Origin: Anaerolineae bacterium
GTDB lineage: Bacteria; Chloroflexota; Anaerolineae; Epilineales; JAHCIE01
Reading direction: 5' to 3'
Assembly: GCA_046328535.1 (NCBI GenBank)
Contig: JAXLWJ010000017.1
Coordinates: forward strand, 26,993-90,992
Length of the DNA: 64,000 bases
Shown: positions 43,301 to 52,962 of the stretch, in pieces
How the letters are laid out: each line of letters begins with the position of its first letter
Position numbering within the stretch: the first letter of the stretch is position 1
Position numbers and translations under genes: made by a program
The notes under the pieces: model-generated
The model's database searches: none
What the model was told of the DNA's origin: nothing
The model's input: only the letters and a program-made list of their open reading frames with translations

Positions 43301-44626
43301 TCATGGCGTGAGACGGTTGAGGTCGCGGGGGAAGAGCGTCGCCAGGCGCACGTTGCCGACGCCGGTGAGCTGCGCCAGCAGCCGCTCTAGCCCGATGGCG
43401 AACCCGCCGTGGGGCGCCATGCCGTACTTGAACGCTTCGAGATACCATTCGAACGGCGTCGGCGACAGCCCCGCCCGCTCCAGCGCCGCCAGATAGTCGG
43501 CGTACAGGTGCAGGCGCTGGCCGCCCGTCACCAGCTCCGTCCCCCGAAATAGCAGGTCGAAGCTGTTGGAGTAGCGCCGGTCGGCCGGGTTCGGGTGGGT
43601 GTAGAAGGGGCGCTTGCTCATCGGGTAGCCGGTCACGAACAGGAAGTCGCTGCCGTAGGTCTCCCGCGCCCACTCGCCGAGCCACCGCTCATCCTGGGGC
43701 GACAGGTCCGGCTCGCCGCGCACGTCCACGCCGTGGCGCTGGTAGATGAGCTCCTGCGCGTCCGGGAAGTAGATGCTGGGGAACGCAGCCGGCGCGCTCG
43801 GCATGACCACCGCCCAGCGCGCCAGGTCCTCAGCGTGGCGTTCGGCCAGCGCCGCCAGGATGCCGCGGATGACCTTCGTCAGCATCGCCATCACCGTGCG
43901 GTGGTCCTCGATGAACGCCATCTCCATGTCCAGGCTGACGTACTCGCTGAGGTGGCGCGTCGTGTCGTGCGGCTCGGCGCGGAACACCGGCCCGACTTCG
44001 AAGACGCGCTCGAACACGCCGGTGAGCACCTGCTTGTAGAGCTGCGGGCTTTGCGCCAGGTACGCCGGCCGCCCGAAATAGCCTAGCTCGAAGACGTTGG
44101 CGCCGCTCTCCGTCGCCGACGCGACGAGCTTCGGCGTCTGCACCTCGGTGAACCCCTCGGCGCTGAGAATCTCGCGGTAGGCGCGCATCACCCCGGCGCT
44201 CATGCGGAACATGCTGCGCTGCTTCGGGTGGCGGGCGGCCAGGACGCCGTTGTCCAGCTGCGTCGAGAGCGTCGCCTTCAGGTCGCGCTTGTTGAGCGAC
44301 AGGGGCGGCGGCTCGGCCACCGGCACGAGGAGACCCACATTCGGGTCGCGCAGCTCGACGCCGCCGGGCGCCTGCGCCTCGGCGACCGCGGTCCCCTCGA
44401 CGGCGACGACGCTCTCCACGCCGACGCCATCGAGCGCGGCCAGCGCCGCCTCGCCCGCCACAGCCTGGGCCACGCCCCAGCCGTCACGCACGACGATGAA
44501 GCTGACGCCGCCGAGACGGCGGACGGCATGCAGCCAGCCCTCGACACGCACGCGCTCGCCGATGTGCGCGCCCAACTCCGTTGTTCGCACACGGGATTGA
44601 AGCGCAAATTGTGGTTCCACACTCAT
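43301..44626 (-). CDS. aspS: aspartate--tRNA ligase, archaeal/type-2 form
   Basis: ORF 43301..44827. ATG 44626 after AGGGAG. OB fold RVRVEGWLHAVRRLGGVSFIVVRD, class II motifs FRAEPHDTTRHLSEY and GGFAIGLERL. The upstream T-box has a GAC specifier. Confidence 0.85.
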   Translation of the reverse strand: MSVEPQFALQSRVRTTELGAHIGERVRVEGWLHAVRRLGGVSFIVVRDGWGVAQAVAGEAALAALDGVGVESVVAVEGTAVAEAQAPGGVELRDPNVGLLVPVAEPPPLSLNKRDLKATLSTQLDNGVLAARHPKQRSMFRMSAGVMRAYREILSAEGFTEVQTPKLVASATESGANVFELGYFGRPAYLAQSPQLYKQVLTGVFERVFEVGPVFRAEPHDTTRHLSEYVSLDMEMAFIEDHRTVMAMLTKVIRGILAALAERHAEDLARWAVVMPSAPAAFPSIYFPDAQELIYQRHGVDVRGEPDLSPQDERWLGEWARETYGSDFLFVTGYPMSKRPFYTHPNPADRRYSNSFDLLFRGTELVTGGQRLHLYADYLAALERAGLSPTPFEWYLEAFKYGMAPHGGFAIGLERLLAQLTGVGNVRLATLFPRDLNRLTP

Positions 44627-44652
44627 GATGTTGCTCCCTGAAAGATTTGGCA

Positions 44653-44727
44653 ATGCAAAGGCGCAGAGCCTCAAAGAAAGCGCAGGGTCTGATCTCTTCC
44701 CTTTGCGTCTTTGCGTCTTTGCGTTCC
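44653..44727. repeat. family B long hairpin (GCAAAGGCGCA.AG / CTTTGCGTCTTTGCG arms) inside the aspS leader
   Basis: ATGCAAAGGCGCAGAGCCTCAAAGAAAGCGCAGGGTCTGATCTCTTCCCTTTGCGTCTTTGCGTCTTTGCG. An inverted shorter copy lies at 49031-49079. Confidence 0.8.
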
Positions 44728-44749
44728 ATTCCTCCCCATCCGATTGGCA

Positions 44750-45039
44750 AACAAAAACGCCCCCAGTCCGTAAAGGACGGGAGCGTGCGCTACCGTGGTG
44801 CCACCTTTGTTCGCCGCGCCCTGTCAATCGGGCGCAGCCTCACTCGGCCTCCAGCAAGGCCGCGCCCAGTAACGGGGGCGAGTCGTCGTCGGCTAGTGGG
44901 CGAGGCGCCGTTCGCCGCCGCGCTCGGGAGTGTCGTTCGGGGGGTCCTTCGGGCTACCTCTCACCTGGGCCAATGGCCCCGTAGCTCGCTGGGCCGCGGT
45001 CGCCCGCCTACTCTTCTCCGTCAACGCTTTCGCTATATG
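44750..45039 (-). promoter_or_regulatory. T-box riboswitch leader, Asp (GAC) specifier, with intrinsic terminator
   Basis: Minus-strand read: GCGUUGACGGAGAAGAGUAGG (Stem I base with AGUA), CAGCGAGC, GGUGAGAGG, specifier loop GAAC-GAC-A-CUCCCGAGCGC (codon at 44934-44932), T-box AAAGGUGGCACCACGG (44808-44793, UGGC bulge), then a CCCGUCC...GGACUGGGG hairpin plus UUUUU. Confidence 0.8.
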
Positions 45040-45045
45040 CCGCCA

Positions 45046-45074
45046 AGTTTAGCACATCGGCCGCCGAGGGTCAA
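45046..45074 (-). promoter_or_regulatory. sigma-70-type promoter of the aspS T-box leader
   Basis: On the minus strand: TTGACC (45074-45069), 17-nt spacer, TAAACT (45051-45046). Confidence 0.6.
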
Positions 45075-45187
45075 TCGTCCATTCGGATGACCCGCGGGAC
45101 AGGATTGCTAACGCCCGGTGAGTATGGCATACTTCCTGACGGTACAGGTCTTGTTGAAGGCGGGGCTGGAGCGCAAAGGAGACGGGC

Positions 45188-46207
45188 GTGCAGATTGGAA
45201 TGATCGGCCTGGGGCGGATGGGCGCGAACATGGTGCGGCGGCTGATGCGGGGCGGCCACGAGTGCGTGGTCTACGACCGATCCCCGGAGGCGGTGCAGGC
45301 GCTGGTCGAGGACGGCGCGGAGGGGGCGACGTCGCTGGACGACCTTGTCGCGTGCCTCGCGCCGCCCCGCGCCATCTGGCTGATGCTCCCGGCCGCCGTG
45401 GTGGACCGCGTCATCGAGCAGCTCGCCGGCCGCCTGCAGGCGGGCGATATTCTCATTGACGGCGGCAACTCCTATTTCGTGGACGACATCCGTCGCGGGC
45501 GCTGGCTGGCGGAGCAGGGGCTGCGCTACGTGGACGTGGGCGTGAGCGGCGGGGTGGCCGGGCTGGAGCGCGGCTACAGCCAGATGATCGGCGCGTCGGA
45601 TGACACGTTCCAACACCTGGAGCCACTGTTCCGAACGCTCGCGCCGGGCGTCGAGGCTGCGCCGCGCACGCCGGGGGCAACGGGCGAGCCGCGCGCCGCC
45701 GAGTATGGCTACCTGCACTGCGGGCCGTTCGGCGCGGGCCACTTCGTGAAGATGATCCACAACGGCATCGAGTACGGCCTGATGGCGGCGTACGCCGAGG
45801 GCCTGAACATCCTCAAGCACGCCAACGCGGGCAAGGAAAAGCGCGAGGTGGACGCCGAGACGACGCCGCTGCGCGACCCGGAGCTGTACCAGTACGATCT
45901 GAACGTCGCCGACATCGCCGAGGTCTGGCGGCGGGGCAGCGTCATCGGCTCGTGGCTGCTGGACCTGACAGCGGCCGAGCTGCTGAAGGACCCGGAGATG
46001 GAAAACTTCAGCGGCCGCGTGTCCGACTCGGGCGAGGGGCGCTGGACGTCCATCGTAGCCGTCGAGGTCGGCGCGCCGGCGATGGTACTCACGACGGCGC
46101 TCTACCAGCGGTTCGAGTCGCGGGGCGCGGGCGACTACGCCGACAAGGTGCTGTCGGCGATGCGCTACGCCTTCGGCGGCCACCTGGAGAAGGGCGTCGC
46201 GCTGTAG
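45188..46207 (+). CDS. gnd: 6-phosphogluconate dehydrogenase (decarboxylating), short GntZ/YqeC-like form
   Basis: 339-aa ORF, GTG start after AAGGAGA. MQIGMIGLGRMGANMVRRL..., GAGHFVKMIHNGIEYG. Confidence 0.85.
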   Translation: MQIGMIGLGRMGANMVRRLMRGGHECVVYDRSPEAVQALVEDGAEGATSLDDLVACLAPPRAIWLMLPAAVVDRVIEQLAGRLQAGDILIDGGNSYFVDDIRRGRWLAEQGLRYVDVGVSGGVAGLERGYSQMIGASDDTFQHLEPLFRTLAPGVEAAPRTPGATGEPRAAEYGYLHCGPFGAGHFVKMIHNGIEYGLMAAYAEGLNILKHANAGKEKREVDAETTPLRDPELYQYDLNVADIAEVWRRGSVIGSWLLDLTAAELLKDPEMENFSGRVSDSGEGRWTSIVAVEVGAPAMVLTTALYQRFESRGAGDYADKVLSAMRYAFGGHLEKGVAL

Positions 46208-46415
46208 TCCCTCATTTAGCGCCCCTTCTCCCAAAATGGGGTAGCTCCGCCGTTTAGCATGGAAGAGCGTATCGGGCTGGCGCTGGAGAGCCATCTCCAG
46301 CGCCTCCCAGAGGCGGTGGAGTTGTCACTCCACCGCCAGCAGGGGGGTCTCCATGCTATTGTGCAGAGCTTCCCAAAATGGGAGAAGGGGCCAGGGGATG
46401 AGGGGCTAAATTGAT
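46205..46415. repeat. family C hairpin repeats (two modules)
   Basis: CCCCTTCTCCCAAAATGGGG at ~46226. CTTCCCAAAATGGGAGAAGGGGCCAGGGGATGAGGGG at ~46368. Confidence 0.75.
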
Positions 46416-46490
46416 TGACTCCCCCGTCATTCGGGAGCAAGATAGGCGCATAAAGTAACTTTGCACAAAGGGTATGAGGAGCGAGATCGT

Positions 46491-48131
46491 ATGGCAACCC
46501 TTCCGATGCTGACGGAAACGCCGGCCTGGCAGGCGCTTCAGCAACACTATCAGGACATCAAGGATGTTCACCTGCGTGACCTGTTCGCGCAGGACCCGCA
46601 GCGCGGCGAGCGCATGACGGCCGAGGCGCTCGGCATCTTCGTGGACTACTCCAAGAATCGCATGACCGACGAGACTCTGCGGCTGCTGGTGGCCCTGGCG
46701 GACGAGCGCGACGTGGCCGGGCGGCGGGATGCCATGTTCCGCGGCGAGAAAATCAACACGTCGGAAGATCGCGCCGTGCTGCACACCGCGCTGCGCGCGC
46801 CCCGCGACGCCCACATCTATGTGGATGGTGAGGATGTCGTGCCAGCGGTTCACACGGTGCTGGACAAGATGGCCGCCTTCGCCGACAGCGTCCGCTCTGG
46901 CGAGTGGAAGGGCTACACCGGGCAGCCCATCAAGAACATCGTCAACATCGGCATCGGCGGCTCGGACCTTGGCCCGCGCATGGCCCACGACGCGCTGCGC
47001 CACTACATGCGCCGCGATCTGACGCTGCGCTACCTGTCGAACATAGACGGCGCGGACTTCGTGGAAGTTGTCCAGGGTCTCGACCCGGCGGAGACGCTGT
47101 TCGTCGTCGTCTCCAAGACGTTCACGACGCTGGAGACGATGACCAACGCCCGCACGGCGCGGGCGTGGACGCTGGCGGCGCTCAAGGACGAGCGGGCCAT
47201 CGCGCGGCACTTCGTCGCCGTCTCAACGAACACCAAGGAAGTCGAGAAGTTCGGCATTGACACGGCCAACATGTTCGGCTTCTGGGACTGGGTCGGCGGG
47301 CGCTACTCGATGAGCTCGGCCGTCGGTCTGTCCACGATGATCGGACTGGGGCCGGACGGCTTCCGAGCGCTGCTCGACGGCATGCGCCAGATGGACGAGC
47401 ATTTCAGGACGGCGCCGTCCGAGACCAACCTGCCGCTGCTGATGGGCCTTATCGCGGTGTGGTACAACAACTTCTTCGGCGCGCAGTCCATCGCTATCTT
47501 GCCCTACGCCCAGTATCTCCAGCGGCTGCCGGCCTATCTCCAGCAGCAGGAGATGGAGAGCAACGGCAAGGATGTCACGTTGGACGGGCGGTGGGTGAAC
47601 TACCAGACGGGGCCGATTATCTGGGGCCAGCCCGGCACCGACGGCCAGCACTCGTTCTACCAGCTCATCCACCAGGGGACGAAGCTCATCCCGAGTGACT
47701 TCATCGGCTTCGCCAACGCCCTGACGCCGGTCGGCCAGCACCAGGACCTGCTCATGGCGAACTTCTTCGCCCAGACCGAGGCGCTGGCGTTCGGGAAGAC
47801 GGCCAGGCAGGTGGAGGCCGAGGGGACGCCCGCCGACCTCGTGCGCGACCGCACGTTCCCCGGCAACAAGCCGACGACGAGCCTGCTGCTGGACGCGCTG
47901 ACGCCGGAGAACCTGGGCAAGATCGTCGCGCTGTACGAGCACAACACGTTCACCCAGGGCGCGATCTGGAACATCAACTCCTTCGACCAGTGGGGCGTCG
48001 AGCTGGGCAAGCAACTGGCGCAGCGCATCGCGCCGCAGCTGACGAGCGGCGACGCGCCGGACCTGAAGCACGACAGCTCGACCAACAACCTCATCCGCCG
48101 CTACCGGCGGTTGCAGGGCAAGAGCGTGTAA
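46491..48131 (+). CDS. pgi: glucose-6-phosphate isomerase
   Basis: ORF 46461..48131. ATG 46491. ...[11 protein letters not shown]..., [25 protein letters not shown]. Confidence 0.95.
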   Translation: MATLPMLTETPAWQALQQHYQDIKDVHLRDLFAQDPQRGERMTAEALGIFVDYSKNRMTDETLRLLVALADERDVAGRRDAMFRGEKINTSEDRAVLHTALRAPRDAHIYVDGEDVVPAVHTVLDKMAAFADSVRSGEWKGYTGQPIKNIVNIGIGGSDLGPRMAHDALRHYMRRDLTLRYLSNIDGADFVEVVQGLDPAETLFVVVSKTFTTLETMTNARTARAWTLAALKDERAIARHFVAVSTNTKEVEKFGIDTANMFGFWDWVGGRYSMSSAVGLSTMIGLGPDGFRALLDGMRQMDEHFRTAPSETNLPLLMGLIAVWYNNFFGAQSIAILPYAQYLQRLPAYLQQQEMESNGKDVTLDGRWVNYQTGPIIWGQPGTDGQHSFYQLIHQGTKLIPSDFIGFANALTPVGQHQDLLMANFFAQTEALAFGKTARQVEAEGTPADLVRDRTFPGNKPTTSLLLDALTPENLGKIVALYEHNTFTQGAIWNINSFDQWGVELGKQLAQRIAPQLTSGDAPDLKHDSSTNNLIRRYRRLQGKSV

Positions 48132-48135
48132 TGAC

Positions 48136-48852
48136 ATGACCACTCCCACATCAGCCACTGACGACATTGCTCGGCTCAAGCAGGAGGCGGCCGAGCGCGC
48201 CGCCGACCTGGTCGAGTCGGGCATGGTGGTGGGCCTGGGAACGGGCAGCACCGCCATCTTCGCCGTCCGCCGTATCGGGGCTTTGCTGCAAGCGGGCAAG
48301 CTGCGCGACATCCTCGCCGTCGCCACGTCCCGCGCCACCGAGGACGCCGCCCGCGCGCTGGGCATCCCGCTGATGCCCGACGCCATGCCCCACGACGTGG
48401 ACATGACCATTGACGGGGCCGACGAGGTAGACCCGCAGCTGAACCTCATCAAGGGTGGCGGCGGCGCGCTGCTGCGCGAGAAAATCGTGGCCCAGGCCAG
48501 CCGCCGCCTGGTGATCGTCGTGGACGAGACCAAGCTCTCGGCGACGCTCGGCGACCGCTGGGCCGTCCCCGTCGAAGTGATCCCGTTCGGCTGGGAGGCG
48601 ACGGGCCGCTTCCTCGAGTCGGTGGGGGCAAAGGTCAAGCTGCGCCGCAGCGCCGACGGCGCGCCCTTCACGACAGACTCTGGCAACATTATCCTGGACT
48701 GCGGCTTTGGGCCGATCCAGGACCCCTACGCCCTGGAGACGCGGCTGTTGGCGCGGGCGGGCGTCGTCCATACCGGCCTGTTCCTGGACCTGGCGACGGA
48801 TGTCATCATCGCGGGCAAGGCGGGCGTCCGCCACCTGACCCGCCCGACCTAG
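48136..48852 (+). CDS. rpiA: ribose-5-phosphate isomerase A
   Basis: 238-aa ORF. VVGLGTGSTA..., DGADEVDPQLNLIKGGGGALLREKIV. Confidence 0.9.
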   Translation: MTTPTSATDDIARLKQEAAERAADLVESGMVVGLGTGSTAIFAVRRIGALLQAGKLRDILAVATSRATEDAARALGIPLMPDAMPHDVDMTIDGADEVDPQLNLIKGGGGALLREKIVAQASRRLVIVVDETKLSATLGDRWAVPVEVIPFGWEATGRFLESVGAKVKLRRSADGAPFTTDSGNIILDCGFGPIQDPYALETRLLARAGVVHTGLFLDLATDVIIAGKAGVRHLTRPT

Positions 48853-48879
48853 CGCTGAAGCAACCCGAGGGGTTGCCAC

Positions 48880-49079
48880 AGAGGCGCAGAGGACACGGAG
48901 AACAGATATCGAACTGCCAGAGGGATAAAAACCGCTGTCACCCCGAACGGAGTGAGGGATCTGGACTGCGGCTTGCGGCCCAGATGCCGAGCGCAGCGAG
49001 GCATGACAGCCTAGGGTTATTGTCAGGGTAGACGCAAAGGGAAAGATCAGTCCTGTGTTCTTCCTTTGCGCCTTTGCGT
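48880..49079. repeat. composite of family E modules and an inverted family B hairpin
   Basis: GCTGTCACCCCGAACGGAGTGAGGGATC, GATGCCGAGCGCAGCGAGGCATGACAGCC, then GACGCAAAGGGAAAGATCAGTCCTGTGTTCTTCCTTTGCGCCTTTGCGT. Confidence 0.8.
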
Positions 49080-49103
49080 TACTACTCCAGTTTCCGAGGA
49101 GCC

Positions 49104-49796
49104 ATGATGCAGCCACAAACATTCGGAATCGTTCCCTCCATTCTGTCGGCCGATTTCGCCCGATTGGGCGAGCAAGTGCGCGAGGTGTGCGACGCGGGCA
49201 TCACCCGCATCCAGGTGGACGTGATGGACGGCATGTTCGTCCCCAACATCACCATGGGGCCGCTCGTGATTGACGCCATCCGTCCCATCTGCCAGGAGTA
49301 CAACGCGGTCATCGAGGCGCACCTGATGATCGTTCAGCCGGAGCGCTACCTGAAGGAGTTCGCCCAGGCCGGCTCCGACGTCATCATGGTGCATGTCGAG
49401 ACGTGCGCCCACCTGCACCGTACCGTCCAGCAGATCCGCGAGTTGGGCAAAAGCCCCGCCGTCGTCCTCAACCCGGCGACGCCACTGGTCACCATCGAGG
49501 AGATTCTGCCGTTCGTGGACGAGGTGCTGCTGATGACCGTCAACCCCGGCTTCGGCGGTCAGGAGTTCATCGCCTCGCAGCTTCCGAAGGTCACGCGCCT
49601 GTGCGACATGCTGCGCGAGCGCGGGCTGGAGCGCGTCGCCATCGAGTTGGACGGCGGCATCGGCGTGCGCACCATCAAGGCAGCGGTCGAGGCGGGCGCA
49701 ACGCTCCTGGTCGCCGGCTCGGCGGTGTACAACAAGAAAGCGTCCGTCGCCGACAACATCCGCGCCCTGCAAGCGGCCGTCTACGACTCCGCCTGA
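49104..49796 (+). CDS. rpe: ribulose-phosphate 3-epimerase
   Basis: ORF 49074..49796. ATG 49104 after GAGGAG. PSILSADFARLGEQV...VDVMDGMFVPNIT...MTVNPGFGGQ. Confidence 0.9.
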   Translation: MMQPQTFGIVPSILSADFARLGEQVREVCDAGITRIQVDVMDGMFVPNITMGPLVIDAIRPICQEYNAVIEAHLMIVQPERYLKEFAQAGSDVIMVHVETCAHLHRTVQQIRELGKSPAVVLNPATPLVTIEEILPFVDEVLLMTVNPGFGGQEFIASQLPKVTRLCDMLRERGLERVAIELDGGIGVRTIKAAVEAGATLLVAGSAVYNKKASVADNIRALQAAVYDSA

Positions 49797-49814
49797 CCCG
49801 ACAGGAGATAGTTG

Positions 49815-51197
49815 ATGCTCGACCTCGCCATCGTCGGGGGACAGGTTGTGCTGCCGGGCGGCATCCGCGACGCTGACATCGGCATCGCCGGTGACAAGAT
49901 CGTCGCCATTGTCGCGCCCGGCGGCTTGCCCGCCGCGGCGCAGACCCTCGACGCCACCGGGCAGATCGTCATGCCGGGCGCGATTGACATCCACTTCCAC
50001 GTCCGCGCCCCGGCCCACCCGGCGCGCGGCGACTTCGCCACGGAGACGCGGGCGGCGGCGGCGGGCGGCGTGACGACGATCTTCGAGATGCCCATCTCGA
50101 AGCCCGGCTGCGCGACGGCTGAGATTCTGCGCTCCCGGCGCGAGCTGGGCGAGGCCAACGTCTACGTGAACTTCGCGCTGTACGGGGCGCCGGGGACGCT
50201 CAAGCGCGAGGATGTGGTGGGCATGGCCGAGGAAGGCGCCATCGGCTACAAGATTTTCATGCACGCCGCGCCGCCGGGCCGCGACGACGAGTTCTTCGGC
50301 CTGTGCCTGCCCGACGTGGACGGTATCTACGCGGCGCTGCGCCTCATCAAGGAGACCGTCTTGCGCTGCGTCGTCCACTGCGAGAGCAACCCTTTGCTGG
50401 AGGCGCGCATCGCGGCGCTCAAGGCCGAGGGGCGCACCGACGTGGGCGCGCACCTGGCGTCGCGGCCGCCGGTGGTGGAGGCCGTGGCAATGGCGGAGCT
50501 GATCACGATGGCGGAGGACCTGGGCCAGCCGGTGCATATCGCCCACCTTAGCTCGGCGGCCGGGCTGCGCGTCCTGCGGCGCTATCAGCGGGACGGCGCG
50601 CCGGTGACGGCGGAGACCTGCCCCCACTACCTGCTGTTCACCGAAGCGCGCATGGCCGACGCCGGACCCTACGCCAAGATCAACCCGCCGCTGCGGACGC
50701 AGGCCGACGTGGACGCGCTGTGGGAGGGCGTGCTGGACGGCAGCATCGCCGTCGTGACGACGGACCACTCGCCGTTCCTGGTTGAGGAGAAGGAGCGCGC
50801 CCGCACCGACATCTGGGCGACGCCGGCCGGGCATCCGGGCGTCGAGGAGCTGGTGCCGTTCATCATGACCGAGGCGCTGCGCGGGCGGCTGTCGGTCGAG
50901 CGGGCGGTCGAGCTGGTCAGCACAAATGGGGCGAAGCTGTTCGACCTCTACCCGCAGAAGGGCATCATCGCGCCGGGCGCGGACGCCGACATCGCGGTGT
51001 ACGACGGGCGCTCGCCGGTGACGATTGACCGCGCCCGCCTGTTCACCAACGCCCGCGCCTGCGACTACCTCTACCACGGCATGACGATGCAGGGGCAGGT
51101 GACGGCGACGGTCGTCAACGGCAAGGTCGTGTTCCGCGACGGCGAGATCGTCGGCCAGCGCGGCGACGGCCGCTTCGTCCGCCCCAACCGGAAGTGA
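49815..51197 (+). CDS. cyclic amidohydrolase (dihydroorotase/allantoinase/dihydropyrimidinase family)
   Basis: ORF 49812..51197. ATG 49815 after AGGAGA. PGAIDIHFHV (HxH metal motif), ...VTTDHSPF... Confidence 0.8.
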   Translation: MLDLAIVGGQVVLPGGIRDADIGIAGDKIVAIVAPGGLPAAAQTLDATGQIVMPGAIDIHFHVRAPAHPARGDFATETRAAAAGGVTTIFEMPISKPGCATAEILRSRRELGEANVYVNFALYGAPGTLKREDVVGMAEEGAIGYKIFMHAAPPGRDDEFFGLCLPDVDGIYAALRLIKETVLRCVVHCESNPLLEARIAALKAEGRTDVGAHLASRPPVVEAVAMAELITMAEDLGQPVHIAHLSSAAGLRVLRRYQRDGAPVTAETCPHYLLFTEARMADAGPYAKINPPLRTQADVDALWEGVLDGSIAVVTTDHSPFLVEEKERARTDIWATPAGHPGVEELVPFIMTEALRGRLSVERAVELVSTNGAKLFDLYPQKGIIAPGADADIAVYDGRSPVTIDRARLFTNARACDYLYHGMTMQGQVTATVVNGKVVFRDGEIVGQRGDGRFVRPNRK

Positions 51198-51235
51198 TGT
51201 ATAATAGGGTTACATAACGGCGCGGGGAGGGCGAC

Positions 51236-51511
51236 ATGGCGGCAAGGGTGCGGAAGGAAATCTACATTGAGCCTGAGCAGGCGGCGCGGCTGAAGCAGCT
51301 TGCGGCGGAGACCGGCGTTCCCGAAGCGGAGATCATCCGCGAGGCGATTGAACATCGTCTCGTCGAGATGGAGGCCCGCGAGCGCCGTGTCGCAGCGTGG
51401 GAAGCCGCGAAGGAGTTCATTCGGCAGTTGATGCAGCAAGGCCCTGTCGAAGGCGGCCGAACATGGCGACGCGAGGATCTCTATGACCGCAAGGTTCTTC
51501 GTAGACGGTGA
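51236..51511 (+). CDS. ribbon-helix-helix (CopG/VapB-like) antitoxin
   Basis: 91-aa ORF. VRKEIYIEPEQAARLKQLAAETGVPEAEIIREAIEHRL. Confidence 0.65.
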   Translation: MAARVRKEIYIEPEQAARLKQLAAETGVPEAEIIREAIEHRLVEMEARERRVAAWEAAKEFIRQLMQQGPVEGGRTWRREDLYDRKVLRRR

Positions 51512-51602
51512 CGGATGCGTTTCGTCAACCCCTTTGCGCCTGATTTTGCGCTCGCGGACTGGCTGTAACGGGCAAGCGTTGCTTCCAAAGGAGAGGACAT
51601 GA
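51483..51602 (+). pseudogene. 39-codon stub resembling the N-terminus of a PIN (VapC) toxin
   Basis: ATG 51483 overlaps the antitoxin 3' end as in vapBC pairs. MTARFFVDGD..., then unrelated sequence and a stop at 51602. Confidence 0.4.
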
Positions 51603-51799
51603 ATGGCTCACGTGAGCAGCGCATCACCACAAATCCGAACGTCATGGCGGGTAAACCTGTCATTCGGGGAACGCGCATCCCGGTCGAGTTGATCGTGCGG
51701 ATGCTGGCTCAAGGCATTTCAGAACAAGAGATTCTGAGCGAGTACCCGCGCCTGGAAGCGGAAGACATTCGAGCTGCGCTCACCTATGCCCAATGCTAA
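51599..51799 (+). CDS. DUF433 domain protein (antitoxin-like)
   Basis: 66-aa ORF after AAGGAGAGG. ITTNPNVMAGKPVIRGTRIPVELIVRMLAQGISEQEILSEYPRLEAEDIRAAL. Confidence 0.75.
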   Translation: MNGSREQRITTNPNVMAGKPVIRGTRIPVELIVRMLAQGISEQEILSEYPRLEAEDIRAALTYAQC

Positions 51800-52799
51800 G
51801 GGACAGTACCGAGTCTGGGCAACGCTACTGGTCCTGGTAGTCTTTCTCGTTGCAGGGTACGTGTCTGTAGCTGGTCCAAATGCGACTGTCGAAACTTGCG
51901 GTGCTTCACGTCCATGCGTTGATAGGCAGGCCAATGCGGCGTGGTTGGGTGTTGAGTGGGTTCAGGAGCGCCATACCGCCGATGAGATTGACGCGCTCGC
52001 CCGAGATCTGCGCGATCGCCGGATAACCCACGCTTATGTCTACGTGAGCTACATGAAGCCGGATGGCAGCTTCAACCCCACCTACTCCAACGCCTCCGAA
52101 TTGACACGTAGTCTGCACGCGATTGACCCGGGCCTGGATGTGCAAGCCTGGATTGGTTTGCCTCTAAAGGATGGCAAGGGCGGCTATGTAGACCTAGCTG
52201 ACGAAACGACGCGGCGGTCAATCGCGGAGTTCGGGGAGCGGCTGATTCAGGAGAAGGGGTTTGATGGCATCCACTTGGACCCGGAGCCGGTCGTCTCTGG
52301 CGATGCGACGCTCCTGGCCCTCCTCGATGAGATTCGTCAGGCTATTGGGCCGGATGCAACTCTATCCATCGCTGCCCGCCGTATTCAGCCTGTTGCAGTC
52401 GGCCCTTTAGCTGCGCTCCTGGATGGGTTTGGGTGGCGGCCAGGTTACTACCGGGAGGTTGCCGACCGCGTTGACCAGATAGCCGTGATGATCTACGACA
52501 GCGGGCTGCCGCTGCCTGGCCTGTACAGATGGTGGGTGATGCGGCAGGTCGTCGAGATCGGCCGAGCGACGAACGGGCAGCAAGTTGAGCTTTTCTTCGG
52601 TGTCCCGACGTCAGAAGAGAGAACACGAACCCATTGGCCCAATGCGGAGAACATGCGGAGCGGCCTGGAGGGCGTACTCGACGGACTGAGTACAGCCGAT
52701 GCAATGCCGCGCGGGGTGATCGGCGTTGCCGTTTACCCGTACTGGGAGACTGACGACGCGGAGTGGGCGACCTACAAATCTTTGTGGCTAGGCCAGTAG
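51786..52799 (+). CDS. membrane-anchored TIM-barrel glycoside-hydrolase-like protein (GH18-like FDGIHLDPE motif)
   Basis: 337-aa ORF. N-terminal TM VWATLLVLVVFLVAGYV. GFDGIHLDPEP resembles the GH18 DGxDxDxE motif with H replacing the central D. Confidence 0.55.
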   Translation: MPNAKGQYRVWATLLVLVVFLVAGYVSVAGPNATVETCGASRPCVDRQANAAWLGVEWVQERHTADEIDALARDLRDRRITHAYVYVSYMKPDGSFNPTYSNASELTRSLHAIDPGLDVQAWIGLPLKDGKGGYVDLADETTRRSIAEFGERLIQEKGFDGIHLDPEPVVSGDATLLALLDEIRQAIGPDATLSIAARRIQPVAVGPLAALLDGFGWRPGYYREVADRVDQIAVMIYDSGLPLPGLYRWWVMRQVVEIGRATNGQQVELFFGVPTSEERTRTHWPNAENMRSGLEGVLDGLSTADAMPRGVIGVAVYPYWETDDAEWATYKSLWLGQ

Positions 52800-52823
52800 G
52801 GTGTGGGCCATCAAAGGCTGGAA

Positions 52824-52857
52824 CTCGCTTTCGCGGTTTTCGCGCTTTTCGTGGTCC
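52824..52857. repeat. half copy (right arm) of a family A palindrome
   Basis: CTCGCTTTCGCGGTTTTCGCGCTTTTCGTGGTCC. Confidence 0.7.
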
Positions 52858-52962
52858 TGACCCTCCCCCCATTAGGAAGTTCTCATCTCGGCCCTTCTCT
52901 CTTCTCCGAGCCTGGAAAATAGCTATACTTCCCTCTGGGGGTTCCGCTGTCGAGAGGGTTGC

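Noticed and set aside
45188-49796. The pentose-phosphate/glycolysis gene cluster (gnd-like, pgi, rpiA, rpe) as a novelty.
   Set aside because: These are ordinary housekeeping enzymes with intact motifs. Only the repeat-filled spacers between them are notable, and those are reported separately.
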